The notes under the pieces: model-generated | What the model saw: only the letters and a program-made list of their open reading frames with translations | The model's database searches: none | Told to the model about the DNA's origin: nothing | In this document: piece by piece, positions 1 through 10,036 of the stretch | Position numbering within the stretch: the first letter of the stretch is position 1 | Layout: the number at the start of each line of letters is the position of its first letter | Virus record (IMG/VR): IMGVR_UViG_3300050821_002963 | Span: 67,525 to 131,524 of that record | Reading direction: 5' to 3' (one strand) | Length of the DNA stretch: 64,000 nucleotides | DNA from: a virus | Program-made: the position numbers and the translations under genes

Positions 1-80
1 AACACTTTGCTAGGAACGAGACAAAGGCTGTACTGGACGAGTGGATTCGGATTCTCAAAGAAGATGGTGAGCTGAGACTG

Positions 81-458
81 GTGCTACCGAATCTGGAGTG
101 GGCGGCTCAGCATGTGATGAACAAGGAGATAGACACGGATGTAATGAATGTGTTCTATGGAGCGCAGAGCTACAATGAGAATTTTCACAAGACTGGGTTT
201 ACGCCACAGATCATCGAGCAGCTACTGGCAGAGCGGGGGTTTAAGAAGTTCGTATGGGACTTCCACAATTACCACATGTTTGTCAGAGCGTGGAAGATTG
301 AGCCGGCGGAATCCATAGCAGCTATGCAAGTGAATCCAATAGTCAGACAGAAGACGGAGTTCGAGAAGTTGGGCGAACCGATGTTGGAGAAAGTTCAGGA
401 AATAAAAACAGAGAACACCAATCAGCCTTTGGAAATAGAGGTTCCAGCAGGAGACTAA
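81..458 (+). CDS. C-terminal part of a probable SAM-dependent methyltransferase (5' end outside the window)
   Basis: Frame is open from the window start: 'LDEWIRILKEDGELRLVLPNLEW...FHKTGFT' resembles the class I methyltransferase 'E..RILKPGG.L...VP' segment. Confidence 0.6.
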   Translation: MLPNLEWAAQHVMNKEIDTDVMNVFYGAQSYNENFHKTGFTPQIIEQLLAERGFKKFVWDFHNYHMFVRAWKIEPAESIAAMQVNPIVRQKTEFEKLGEPMLEKVQEIKTENTNQPLEIEVPAGD

Positions 459-1538
459 ATGCTTTTATTTTGCGATAGCTTTAGCCACTACACGACACTT
501 TTACAGAAGTGGGACAATATTAACAGCGCTTCGCCAGTAATTTCTGCTACTGCGGCTCGAACACAAGCGGCCGGGCTACTGTTTAATGCTATTAGTGGAC
601 AGTGTGCCGTGCTAAAGAATTTTTCGGTTTCAAGAACGGTGATTTTGGGTTTTGCTTACCAAGTAAAAGTTTCTCCGTCCGCTGGAAATAATTGGGTGTT
701 GTGTGCGTTCAATGATATAACAGGCGTTTCTCATGTATTTGTAAGGCTGAGTCCTTCCGGCACATTTCAATTTGTGCGGTCAACGGCAGCAAACAATACA
801 ACTGGTGTTGGGGCAAACATAGGGCCAGTATCATCTCTTGCGATAGGTGGTGGTTGGCACTATATAGAAATAACTATAACAATAGACCCGGTTGTTGGAG
901 CGGTGGAGATGCGGTTGGATGGGAACGTAATCATTACAGCACAGAATGTAAACACAAAGAATGCAGCCAATAATCCCAACAGCACCACTCAGCAGCTTGC
1001 TATAGGAAATTTATTATCAAATGATGCTGCTGTCGGGACACATTACTATGCAGATTTGTACTTGAACGATACGAACGGTAACCAGTGCAACAGCTATCTG
1101 GGAGATGTGACAGTAGAAGCTCAGTTGCCTTCTGGTAATGGTACGGAGAATGACTTTACTCGTGGTGGCTCAGTTATCAATGCACAGAATTGGATGCAGG
1201 TGGACGAAGTTCCACCAGATGACGATACGACATATAACTTTGATTCAGTTGTCGGGCATATGGAGCGCTATACTTATCCAGCCTTGGTAGCAGCGTCGAC
1301 GACAATCTATGCATTAGCAACTTGGCCCAGAGCGGAGAAGACTTCGGCTGGGGCAAGAAACTTTCGGCACATAGTAGCTTCGCAGGGAGTGGTGGTAGAC
1401 AATGGAGTAGATATCGGATTGGCGGTTGGGTATACCTATCCTGGTATGGCGGCTTTTTATACAGACCCAGCTACAGGGCAGCTTTGGACACAAGCCGGGA
1501 TCAATGCAGCGGAAACGGGATTTGAAATTACTCTATGA
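459..1538 (+). CDS. Putative virion structural/tail protein, beta-rich (concanavalin-like)
   Basis: 359 aa, GGAG RBS, 'GWHYIEITITID...VEMRLDG' beta-sandwich pattern; heads the structural block. Confidence 0.5.
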   Translation: MLLFCDSFSHYTTLLQKWDNINSASPVISATAARTQAAGLLFNAISGQCAVLKNFSVSRTVILGFAYQVKVSPSAGNNWVLCAFNDITGVSHVFVRLSPSGTFQFVRSTAANNTTGVGANIGPVSSLAIGGGWHYIEITITIDPVVGAVEMRLDGNVIITAQNVNTKNAANNPNSTTQQLAIGNLLSNDAAVGTHYYADLYLNDTNGNQCNSYLGDVTVEAQLPSGNGTENDFTRGGSVINAQNWMQVDEVPPDDDTTYNFDSVVGHMERYTYPALVAASTTIYALATWPRAEKTSAGARNFRHIVASQGVVVDNGVDIGLAVGYTYPGMAAFYTDPATGQLWTQAGINAAETGFEITL

Positions 1539-3610
1539 GTCAGGCTTTACTACTACAGTTTGCTGAAACGCTAAGCACAAACCAGCAAGACGGTTTCGCT
1601 CTAGTCAATCGGCCTGTTCAAGCAGAACTCTTTGACAGACTAATTCAGAATGATAAGTTCAGTTCGTTTCCTGGTCTATTTATAGTCGAGCAGTTGGTTC
1701 AGTCTGATGCCGTGAACTTTGTTAAAACGGCCGCTGGAGCTGGAACAGTAATTCAGATTTTGATTTCCCAGACAATGGTCCAGAGTGATGCGATTGTGGT
1801 AGCGATGCCAATAGCTCGCCTTACTCAGATGACCAGAGAGGTGGTAAACAGGCCAATCAATTCAGTCACAAGACTGACACAGTTGGCAAGAGAAACTATT
1901 TATCAGCCTCAGACGGTGGTGGTAAGACTGACACAGTTAGCAAGAGAAGTAATCTTTCTTACTCCAGAAGCGTTTCTGGCCCAGGAAGATTATCTAATGA
2001 GCATTACAGATCAGTTGTTCCAGCAGGATACTTTGATTGGGCAGAACTCTGGTTTGTTCTTCTTGACTATCGGAGAAAGTAATCAGCCCGGTATGTTTGA
2101 TCAATCGGGACAGGACAATATAAAGGTCAAGAAGAATCAGGTAATCAAGGCTAATAATCTACAGACAGCAGACACTTCTCTGAATCACTGGCTGGATAGA
2201 TTTAGTTTCAATTTTACCCCAGGCTCTTTTTTCCAGAGTTTCTCGGATACGCTAACGCTTTCAGATGCTTTTACAGATAAGCTTCCAGTAGCGCTGACAG
2301 AGCAACTAAGTGATCAGACGCCCGGGCTTTCAGATGCTTATACGGCGTTGGCTCCTTTGATGCTATCTTTCATTCAGACATTAAACTTATGGCAGGAGTT
2401 TTTCGCCCAGCCCTATCTGGGAGTTTTTGCCGAGAGTAACGCAGACCAGTGGCAAGACAGTCTGGCTGGGCTTATGGCTTATTTCATGCCGCTGTCGGAT
2501 GTGATGGCTTTGACGGATTCGTTCACGTTACCGTTGTGGCAAGTATCTTCGGATACGTTGACGATGGCGGATGGTTTAGGGGTTGGTTACGGACAGGGAG
2601 TTGTGGAGGCTTTGAATCTTTCGGATTCCAATTTTCTCGGTTACGGAGATCAGATATCGGAGCAGTTGGTATTATCGGAGCAGTTGATATTGGGTTATGG
2701 CCAAGGCAACGTAGATTCCTTGACTTTGTTGGATGCTATGGGAGTCAGCTACGGAGATATAGTCTCCGACCAGTTGGTTGCTTCTGACAGTATAGCTTTG
2801 CTGGAAGGCTTAATAGAACTTCTATCGGATGATGAGGGACCGAACTGGGCGGATGCTTTTGCTTTTTCCGGTGGCGTAAACCCTTATTCAGATCAGTTGG
2901 TGCTGTCGGACAGCTTCACATTGGGTTATGGGAACTTCCTACCAGACCAGTTGATAATGTCGGACTCGGAGAAGTTGCTTTTCGGTATTGGTCTAAATGT
3001 TTTCGAGCAAGTGGTACTGAGCGACCAGCTTGGACAGTTTCCTGGACTGTTCATAGTAGAGCAGTTGCAGCAACAGGATGCAGTTCAGTTTCCAGTGTGG
3101 TTGGTTCTGGCAGACCAGTTGGCACAAGCGGATTCGGTAGGAGCGGGATATGGAAGCAAAGTAACGGATAGCACCAATCTGGCAGACTCTATGAATCTGG
3201 TGGAGTCGTTTGAGACCATGTTGGCGGATGCAACACCAACGATGTTGGAGAACTTGCAGCAGCTGTTCAATTATCTGCTGGCTATAGAAGACGGCCAGAC
3301 GATGGTTGAGCAGCTGAATCTGATGTATGGTTTGCTCATAGACGGGCAGTTCCTGGAATTCGACGATGAGATAAATGTAGTCGGAGTTGTTCTGCCCTTC
3401 TTGTCGGACGATATGAGTCAGAATTGGTTGGATGCAATCCTGACGGAGTTGGTATTTGCTCCTAGCGAGATAGTGGTAAGAGACTTTAAAGTACTGGCTC
3501 AGATACTGGCTAGTGTATTGGACACGGTGCAGGAACAGCAAGCGGATAGTTTCAAGTCGCAGGGAGAGCAACAAGCAACGTTCGATGTATTGCTGGATGG
3601 GGAAGTATAA
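1535..3610 (+). CDS. Acidic ~18-aa repeat protein, putative fibre/structural protein (paralog 1)
   Basis: Tandem GYGxxxxDxLxLSD repeats; C-terminus similar to that of 4013..6487. Confidence 0.6.
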   Translation: MSQALLLQFAETLSTNQQDGFALVNRPVQAELFDRLIQNDKFSSFPGLFIVEQLVQSDAVNFVKTAAGAGTVIQILISQTMVQSDAIVVAMPIARLTQMTREVVNRPINSVTRLTQLARETIYQPQTVVVRLTQLAREVIFLTPEAFLAQEDYLMSITDQLFQQDTLIGQNSGLFFLTIGESNQPGMFDQSGQDNIKVKKNQVIKANNLQTADTSLNHWLDRFSFNFTPGSFFQSFSDTLTLSDAFTDKLPVALTEQLSDQTPGLSDAYTALAPLMLSFIQTLNLWQEFFAQPYLGVFAESNADQWQDSLAGLMAYFMPLSDVMALTDSFTLPLWQVSSDTLTMADGLGVGYGQGVVEALNLSDSNFLGYGDQISEQLVLSEQLILGYGQGNVDSLTLLDAMGVSYGDIVSDQLVASDSIALLEGLIELLSDDEGPNWADAFAFSGGVNPYSDQLVLSDSFTLGYGNFLPDQLIMSDSEKLLFGIGLNVFEQVVLSDQLGQFPGLFIVEQLQQQDAVQFPVWLVLADQLAQADSVGAGYGSKVTDSTNLADSMNLVESFETMLADATPTMLENLQQLFNYLLAIEDGQTMVEQLNLMYGLLIDGQFLEFDDEINVVGVVLPFLSDDMSQNWLDAILTELVFAPSEIVVRDFKVLAQILASVLDTVQEQQADSFKSQGEQQATFDVLLDGEV

Positions 3611-4062
3611 TGACTGGACTGGAATTAAAAGGTTTGGTAACGGTGAAAGATGGGATTGCGTATATAGACCAGAATCCACTGGTACAAGCTTTGGAACAGT
3701 TCAACGGAAGATATGTAGAGCTGAAGTTCCAGTTTCCGGAAGATGTGAAGTGGGAGATGGATGAAGGCATCAAGCCATTGGTTACTGCTTTGCAGGGTAT
3801 TGGGCTTACGACTTTAAGCAGTTGCGAAGGGTCGGAAGAATATCCTTACTCCTACGTGTCGTTAATCCGGGATAACGCTGGTAAGTATATGACTGAGTAC
3901 TGGCAGCAGACATTACTCGAGTTTGGAAAGAAAAGAGGTTGGAGTCTGGCGCATTATTCGGGAAAAGTTTGGCAGCTGCGGGCAAACGTAAAGAAGACGA
4001 GAGAAGAGATACTTGAGTTCGCAAATAAAATTCGAAAAACTTTCTCAGTTACAGCCAGGTAG
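3610..4062 (+). CDS. Hypothetical protein with a Tyw3-like N-terminal motif
   Basis: 'MDEGIKPLVTALQGIGLTTLSSCEG' resembles the D..I..L...LN.....T.SSC.G motif. Confidence 0.4.
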   Translation: MTGLELKGLVTVKDGIAYIDQNPLVQALEQFNGRYVELKFQFPEDVKWEMDEGIKPLVTALQGIGLTTLSSCEGSEEYPYSYVSLIRDNAGKYMTEYWQQTLLEFGKKRGWSLAHYSGKVWQLRANVKKTREEILEFANKIRKTFSVTAR

Positions 4063-6487
4063 GCCGGGTGGGTTAACTCCTAAGGAGTTTCTACAGCTCT
4101 GTCTGAAAGAGCTTGGACAGTTGGAGTTTGCTTCGACTGTGGCTTTGACTAAAGCTTTATCGGACAGTGAGACGGCAAATTGGAATACGGCCGCTACTGT
4201 AGTTCTCGGCATAGTAGAAAAGTTATCAGATACTTTGACATTATCAGATGCTGTGGCGTTCACTCTGGTAATTCCAAAAACTCTTTCAGACAACGAAGGA
4301 GCAAACTGGGCGGATATAACTGCTAGTTTGCTAAGCATAGCTCTAGTTCTTTCAGACAACGAAGGTGCAAATTGGTTAGATGCTCTGGTCATTGGCTATG
4401 GCCAAGGTCAGGTAGATGCTCTGAGTTTTTCAGATAGTAGCTCATTGGGATTCGGCGACCAGATTACAGATTCGTTGAGTCAGAGTGATAGTGAAGCAGC
4501 AGTTTTGGGATTGCTAGAAACATTCTCAGACCAGTTGGTGTTGAGCGATGCGGAAGTCAATTTGTTTGGAATGACTGAAGCATTGTCGGATACGATTGTT
4601 TTTTCTGACAGTCTGGCTACCGGCTATGGCAACGCCACAGTAGACCAGTTAACATTCTTAGACAGTAGCAGTATGGGCTACGGAGACATCATCTCCGAGA
4701 CTTTAGTCTTTTCGGATTCACTGGGTGTGGGCTATGGCAACGTAGAAGCAGATAGTTTGGTTCTTTCGGATAGCGCAACTGATATCCTTGGAATGTTGCT
4801 GGGCCTTTCGGATTCTCTGAACAACTGGCAGGATGCAGTACAGTCTCCGGTTGTTCCAAGTATCCCTTTGCTTTTGCTTGACCTAATCCAGCTGGTAGAT
4901 GGAATTCCTGTCAACTACGTCGGGGACAATATCTACAACACCAGCTTAAGTCAGCCTGGCCACATATTTCCTTTGCTGGTGGTTCCGGGTGCTGGCTATA
5001 GCCCTTACTTTGGTCAGCAGAAGGCTTCTTCCATTTACTGGCAAGACTTTCTCTTGTTAGCTTTAGACGGAAATATCTTTCTGCCACTAAAAGATGCAAT
5101 GCCGGTGCTGGCTCTGCAAGCTGTGCAGACAACAGCTAATTTTCCAGCACTTAACTTTGGATTTGGTTCGCCGGTATTCATGCAGGAGGCGGAGAGTAGT
5201 CAGCTCCTAGTTCCGCAAGTAGAAAGTCTGAGTGACCAGCTGGTGTTCTCGGATAGCGAGACGCTTGGATATGGAAACGCTACCGTAGATAGCCTGGCCT
5301 TCCTCGATGCGAACGCGGTTGGTTACGGAGACTTGATAGCTGATACGTTGAGCATGAGTGATTCTCTGGCCAGCTTGTTCTCTATAGCGGAAGCTTTCTC
5401 AGATACTTTAGTATTGACGGACACGGATGCGGTTGGTTACGGCAACGTGGTAAAAGACCAGTTGGTGTTAAGCGATTCAGAAGTAATCGGCTATGGTCAG
5501 GGAACAGTTGATTCGTTGACTTTCTCGGATACGAACGCAGTCGGGTACGGAGACCTGATATCGGATTCGTTTACGCTGACAGATAGTTTTGCTTTCAACA
5601 GCGGAGCGGCTTTAATCTCTGAACAGTTTTCAGACACGTTGAGTCTGACAGATTCCGACACCATCGGCTACGGACAAGGGCAAGTAGATAGCCTGACGTT
5701 CAGTGATAGTGCTGCGACCGGATACGGGAACGTTATCACAGATACGGTAACGTTCTCGGATTCGGAAGCCAATGCACTGGGAATGTTGTCAACATTCTCA
5801 GACCAGTTGGCAATGCCGGACAGCTACGTAGACTTGCTGGCTGGTGCTGTGGCTTTATCGGATACGCTGACGATAGCGGATTCTTTGGCCATTGGGTACG
5901 GTCAAAGCTTAGTGGACCATTGCATTCTATCTAGTTTAGAAACACTTTCTCTGGCTATTTTCATTACGGACCCGGAAGAAGATTCTCTGAACAGTTGGCT
6001 AGATCAATTCCAGTTTTCGACAGGGCAGCCTTCGATATCGTTGCAGTTCTCGGACCAGATAGCTTTGTCGGAAGCTTTGGGTGCTGGCTATGGCAATCAG
6101 ACGAGCGAACAGAATGTGATGAGCGATGTAATGAGTCTGATGGAATCGTTTGAGGTGCTACTGGCAGAAGCCACGCCAGCAATGGTGGATGCTTTGGCGG
6201 CCTTTATGACGCAGGCAATGGCTGCGGAAGACACGATAGCCTTCCTCAACGATACGTATTCGGCTATCGGTTCTTACCTGGCTGGGTTGTCAGATGTGAA
6301 TGCACTGACGGACCAGTTCAGGGATACGTTTGCTGCTCAGTTGAGTTTGCTATTACAGGATGCGGAAGGGGCGGAATGGTTGGATGCGGTGCTGGCTGAG
6401 TTCGTGTTTGCTCCGGGTGTAATAAGAATGCAGGCTTTGGTTATACTGCAAGAGCTGGTGGGAGAGATTAAGGTCGGAGGTCAGTAG
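4013..6487 (+). CDS. Acidic ~18-aa repeat protein, putative fibre/structural protein (paralog 2); start uncertain
   Basis: 824 aa, many GYG...DxLxFSDS repeats, very few Lys/Arg. Confidence 0.6.
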   Translation: MSSQIKFEKLSQLQPGRPGGLTPKEFLQLCLKELGQLEFASTVALTKALSDSETANWNTAATVVLGIVEKLSDTLTLSDAVAFTLVIPKTLSDNEGANWADITASLLSIALVLSDNEGANWLDALVIGYGQGQVDALSFSDSSSLGFGDQITDSLSQSDSEAAVLGLLETFSDQLVLSDAEVNLFGMTEALSDTIVFSDSLATGYGNATVDQLTFLDSSSMGYGDIISETLVFSDSLGVGYGNVEADSLVLSDSATDILGMLLGLSDSLNNWQDAVQSPVVPSIPLLLLDLIQLVDGIPVNYVGDNIYNTSLSQPGHIFPLLVVPGAGYSPYFGQQKASSIYWQDFLLLALDGNIFLPLKDAMPVLALQAVQTTANFPALNFGFGSPVFMQEAESSQLLVPQVESLSDQLVFSDSETLGYGNATVDSLAFLDANAVGYGDLIADTLSMSDSLASLFSIAEAFSDTLVLTDTDAVGYGNVVKDQLVLSDSEVIGYGQGTVDSLTFSDTNAVGYGDLISDSFTLTDSFAFNSGAALISEQFSDTLSLTDSDTIGYGQGQVDSLTFSDSAATGYGNVITDTVTFSDSEANALGMLSTFSDQLAMPDSYVDLLAGAVALSDTLTIADSLAIGYGQSLVDHCILSSLETLSLAIFITDPEEDSLNSWLDQFQFSTGQPSISLQFSDQIALSEALGAGYGNQTSEQNVMSDVMSLMESFEVLLAEATPAMVDALAAFMTQAMAAEDTIAFLNDTYSAIGSYLAGLSDVNALTDQFRDTFAAQLSLLLQDAEGAEWLDAVLAEFVFAPGVIRMQALVILQELVGEIKVGGQ

Positions 6488-6489
6488 AG

Positions 6490-6816
6490 ATGGCGGTACA
6501 GAAGACTTACTATCTCAATCCACTGAACACGCAGGTGATTCAAGCCTTCGGTTTGCAGGACGTGGTCACGGGAAGTTTCCTCAATTCAGCTACGGTCACG
6601 GCTACGTTGCTAAATGACAGGGGTGTAGCAGACGGAGTGTTACAGGGTATAGTGCTTGGGTATATGGCGGCGACGGATGGGAATTATCAGGGAACGGTGC
6701 CTGCAACTTTCAACGCTCCACTGGGCGGAGGATACATTCTCCAGATACTGGTGGAGCAGGGTGGCGTGCAGTCTCTCTTTTCTCTACAGACTATCGTGGA
6801 GTTGAGAAGAACATAA
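6490..6816 (+). CDS. Small beta-sandwich virion protein (putative)
   Basis: 108 aa, 'ATVTATL...DGNYQG...GGYILQI' Ig-like strand pattern, follows the repeat proteins. Confidence 0.45.
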   Translation: MAVQKTYYLNPLNTQVIQAFGLQDVVTGSFLNSATVTATLLNDRGVADGVLQGIVLGYMAATDGNYQGTVPATFNAPLGGGYILQILVEQGGVQSLFSLQTIVELRRT

Positions 6817-6830
6817 AAGGAGAAATAGGG

Positions 6831-7169
6831 ATGGGAATGGAAAACAGAAGTGCGGTTGGTATTAGCAAGGCTAGAATTGGGGTTAGCACACTTAGTAATG
6901 TAGCGACTCAGTCGGAGAAACCAGCCTCCCAGATTGAGCAAGAGTTGAGCAATATGGAAGCAGTGTTGGGAGACATCTATCATTTGGCGGTGTCTTTGGA
7001 AAAAGCTCTTAGTCCTGTGTTGACAAGCTGTGCTCCAGATGGGGAAAGCCAAGCGGGTGAGTTGGCGCCAGGGCGGGCACCACTGGCAGACAAGTTGTGG
7101 GAACAATACCGGAAAGCGGCACAGACGAGAGACAGATTGCAGGATATGCTGCAAAGGGTTGCTCTCTAG
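6831..7169 (+). CDS. Hypothetical coiled-coil protein
   Basis: AGGAG RBS, helical 112-aa ORF. Confidence 0.55.
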   Translation: MGMENRSAVGISKARIGVSTLSNVATQSEKPASQIEQELSNMEAVLGDIYHLAVSLEKALSPVLTSCAPDGESQAGELAPGRAPLADKLWEQYRKAAQTRDRLQDMLQRVAL

Positions 7170-7180
7170 AAGGAAGGGCA

Positions 7181-7801
7181 ATGATTACGCTGGCGGAGCT
7201 AGGGGAGTTGTACTTTGGCGGGCCGGGGTCTGGTTGCAACGGACCTCACTGCGGTCGCCCTCGTACTGCTCAGGGAAAGGTCCGCCAGCGAGTCAAACGG
7301 GGATTAAAAAGATACGCCAAGAAGTTTGATGTGCATCCGGTTCGGAAGGGTAAGCTACAGCCAGGCATACTGAGAAGAGGCGGCAAGGATATTATTCCAG
7401 TTAAGGCTCCGTGGGCTGGCAAAGTAAAAGTCAAGATGAAAGGCGCGAACGGAGAAGACATAGTTGTACTGAAGCAAGCCAAGACGTATGAGAAGCGTGG
7501 CAACGACTGGTTGAGGAAGCCGGACAAGTTCAAAGGTCAGTATCTGGTAGACCTTCCGGCACAGAAGACGTACGACGACCCAAAGGAGATAAATCACTTC
7601 TTCATTCACCAGGCGTCACCGACGGAAGCAAGGTCGGTAGAGGTTCATAGAAATCTGGGCAAGCTGGGAGTCAACGTAATCGAAAGAGACTTGGGACAGT
7701 ACCACGCGATAGAAAGACACAGAGAAATTTCATTCAACAACGTTGGCAGAGCTTCAGGTTTTTTGAATAAGCGGTATGGGATAACTTTTCGACTCAAATG
7801 A
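7181..7801 (+). CDS. Basic protein with leader + GGPGSGC motif
   Basis: ATG at 7181 after AAGGAAGGG; MITLAELGELYFGGPGSGCNGPHCGRP. Confidence 0.65.
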   Translation: MITLAELGELYFGGPGSGCNGPHCGRPRTAQGKVRQRVKRGLKRYAKKFDVHPVRKGKLQPGILRRGGKDIIPVKAPWAGKVKVKMKGANGEDIVVLKQAKTYEKRGNDWLRKPDKFKGQYLVDLPAQKTYDDPKEINHFFIHQASPTEARSVEVHRNLGKLGVNVIERDLGQYHAIERHREISFNNVGRASGFLNKRYGITFRLK

Positions 7802-8508
7802 GACTAGCCGCGACATTGGAACTATATGCTGGTGGGGTAGGGTCTGGATGCCGCGGCCCACATTGCGGTCGTCCGCAGACTATGTATCACGGTACGGTTT
7901 TGGATTCAGCTAGAGATATTGTTGCTAAAGGTCTGAAGCCGAATCAAGATAGGCAGTTTGCTGTGGATGCCATTCCGATGGAGAAAGGATACGTATATGC
8001 TACGACGTCTCTCGAGACAGCGATAATGTTTGCGAATTTCCGGGCTGCGTATGAGAAGGCGGCACCAGGAAGCACCTTCCGTTTTGAGGATAGGTATGGG
8101 AATGCGAACATAGCGCATAAAGCTTTTACAGGTCCGGAAGATATGAATTACATGCTGCGGGATAACCCTGAGTTAGCGAAGGGGGCTTTTACTCCAGCTA
8201 TCGTGACTTTGAATTTACCGGCAGAGGAAGTAAACAAGATGGAGGGGGATCCGGATTTTGGTACTGATAAAGAACCGGACGATCCGGACCAAGTAGCTTT
8301 TAGAAAGCAGGGAATCTTTCCAGCCAAGTACATAGCTAACGTATTGGTAAGAGGGAAGGATGGAGATTGGCACGGGTATAGTCCGAAAGAGATTAAGAAC
8401 TTAAAAGCTAAGGCTTTCAGACAGGTGCACTTTGTGTACTTCGGTCCGGTGGATGAATTGAGAGAACACCTAAGGATGGGAGGGCAAGTTGACGATAACG
8501 GAAGTTAG
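7798..8508 (+). CDS. ADP-ribosyltransferase-fold protein with leader + GGxGSGC motif
   Basis: 'TMYHGT...IVAKGLKP...GYVYATTS' matches the H-G-T / Y-x-T signature of the ART fold. Confidence 0.55.
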   Translation: MRLAATLELYAGGVGSGCRGPHCGRPQTMYHGTVLDSARDIVAKGLKPNQDRQFAVDAIPMEKGYVYATTSLETAIMFANFRAAYEKAAPGSTFRFEDRYGNANIAHKAFTGPEDMNYMLRDNPELAKGAFTPAIVTLNLPAEEVNKMEGDPDFGTDKEPDDPDQVAFRKQGIFPAKYIANVLVRGKDGDWHGYSPKEIKNLKAKAFRQVHFVYFGPVDELREHLRMGGQVDDNGS

Positions 8509-8648
8509 AAAGTTGTTGACCAAGAAGGAACTGGATACAGTCACGGAGAAGGCCTTCGAACATGGCTCATTCACGGTCGAGAACGTCAGGAAAGAAAACG
8601 GCAAAAAAGAAGTCAGCATCAGATATCCGGATACAGGAGAAAGAGAAG

Positions 8649-8834
8649 ATGTATCTGTGTAGCGGTGGTTGCGGTTACGAGTTTGCGTTGCTAAAGGCTT
8701 TGGGCTACAAACCAAAAGGTCAGATGTTCTGCCTAACGTGTACGAAACAGAAAGAACGGGACGAGAAAATCAAGAGTAGAATCAAGCCACTTGGCAACAG
8801 TTGGGTGGAATATCAGATGGGGAGGACAATGTAA
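8649..8834 (+). CDS. Small zinc-ribbon protein
   Basis: CSGGC...CLTC; ATG at 8649. Confidence 0.4.
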   Translation: MYLCSGGCGYEFALLKALGYKPKGQMFCLTCTKQKERDEKIKSRIKPLGNSWVEYQMGRTM

Positions 8835-9595
8835 TGCCAGATTTTTCTGGACACAAGTTAGGGAAGTTGGCACCAAAAACGGATGAGAAACGGCTGAAGC
8901 TTGGAAAATATCTCAAGCCAGAATTGGCTGCTCCCCCAGTCGAGCTGAATTGGGGTGACGGTGTTACGGATTGGGGAATGCTTGGTAATGACACGCTGGG
9001 CGATTGTACGATTGCAGGGGTGGGGCATGCGGTACAGTCAGCTATGCATGCGGTTGGGATTGCTTGGGACTCATCTGTGGAAACAGATGAAGTCATCAAG
9101 TACTATGAGTTCTGGTGCGGATACAATCCAGCGGACCCAACGACGGACCAAGGCGGAGTGGAAGTAGATGTCTTGAACAACTGGAGGAAGCTTCGTTACG
9201 CGGGTCACCAGTTGGTTGCTTATGCAGACCCTGAAATCGCAGATACGTTACATATCAAGCAGTCGATAGCTTTGTTCGGGGGAGTGTATATTGGTCTGGC
9301 TTTACCACTATCGGCTCAGAACCAGGATGTGTGGCAAGTAGTGGGTGATGGTCAGACGGGAGCATCGGCACCGGGAAGCTGGGGTGGTCATGCGGTGTAC
9401 GTGGTTGGCTATAGTCCAGAGTTTCTGACTTGCATTACTTGGGGTCAGGAATTGCAAATGTCTTGGGACTTCTTCCGGGCTTACGCGGATGAAGCACATA
9501 CTTTGTTTCTGGGGATGTGGGTGGAGAACAAGACGGCTCCTTCGGGGTTCGACTGGGCTCAGTTGGAAACAGACTTAACAGCGATTGTGGGGTAA
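8834..9595 (+). CDS. Papain-like (C1-type) cysteine peptidase
   Basis: 'NDTLGDCTIAG' (Cys), 'WGGHAVYVVGY' (His), 'ITWG'; GGAGG RBS. Confidence 0.7.
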   Translation: MPDFSGHKLGKLAPKTDEKRLKLGKYLKPELAAPPVELNWGDGVTDWGMLGNDTLGDCTIAGVGHAVQSAMHAVGIAWDSSVETDEVIKYYEFWCGYNPADPTTDQGGVEVDVLNNWRKLRYAGHQLVAYADPEIADTLHIKQSIALFGGVYIGLALPLSAQNQDVWQVVGDGQTGASAPGSWGGHAVYVVGYSPEFLTCITWGQELQMSWDFFRAYADEAHTLFLGMWVENKTAPSGFDWAQLETDLTAIVG

Positions 9596-9602
9596 AGGAA
9601 GA

Positions 9603-10034
9603 ATGGCGACACGAGCAACGGAAACAGTAGAAGTAAATATAGAGACGACGGACAGGGCAAAAGCATTTGCTCAGGCCATAGCTCATCAAGAGGGATTCTA
9701 CGTGTTTGGTTCTATCCCTCACAGGGCGAACAATCCGGGCGACTTGGTTATACCGGGTTGGACTGGACTCTCTTTAGGTAGAGAAAGAATCAGTGTGTTG
9801 AAGTCGGACTCCATTGAAGAACCCTTTCCACCAGATGGTGGATGGTTCAGACTCTTGCACGAGTTGTGGCTGATAGAGTCGGGCCGGTCACACGTTTATA
9901 CTTTGGACATGACGATTCTAGAGATGGCGCATAAATGGACGGATACTCAGCAAGACGATTGGGCTAGGAACGTAGCGGGGCAGTTGGGCGTTCCGCCAGA
10001 GACAACATTAAGACAAGTTTTAGTGGGAGACTAA
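9603..10034 (+). CDS. Lysozyme-like protein
   Basis: 'AIAHQEG...RANNPGDL' (Glu plus NNPG motif of lysozyme-like families). Confidence 0.55.
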   Translation: MATRATETVEVNIETTDRAKAFAQAIAHQEGFYVFGSIPHRANNPGDLVIPGWTGLSLGRERISVLKSDSIEEPFPPDGGWFRLLHELWLIESGRSHVYTLDMTILEMAHKWTDTQQDDWARNVAGQLGVPPETTLRQVLVGD

Positions 10035-10036
10035 CG

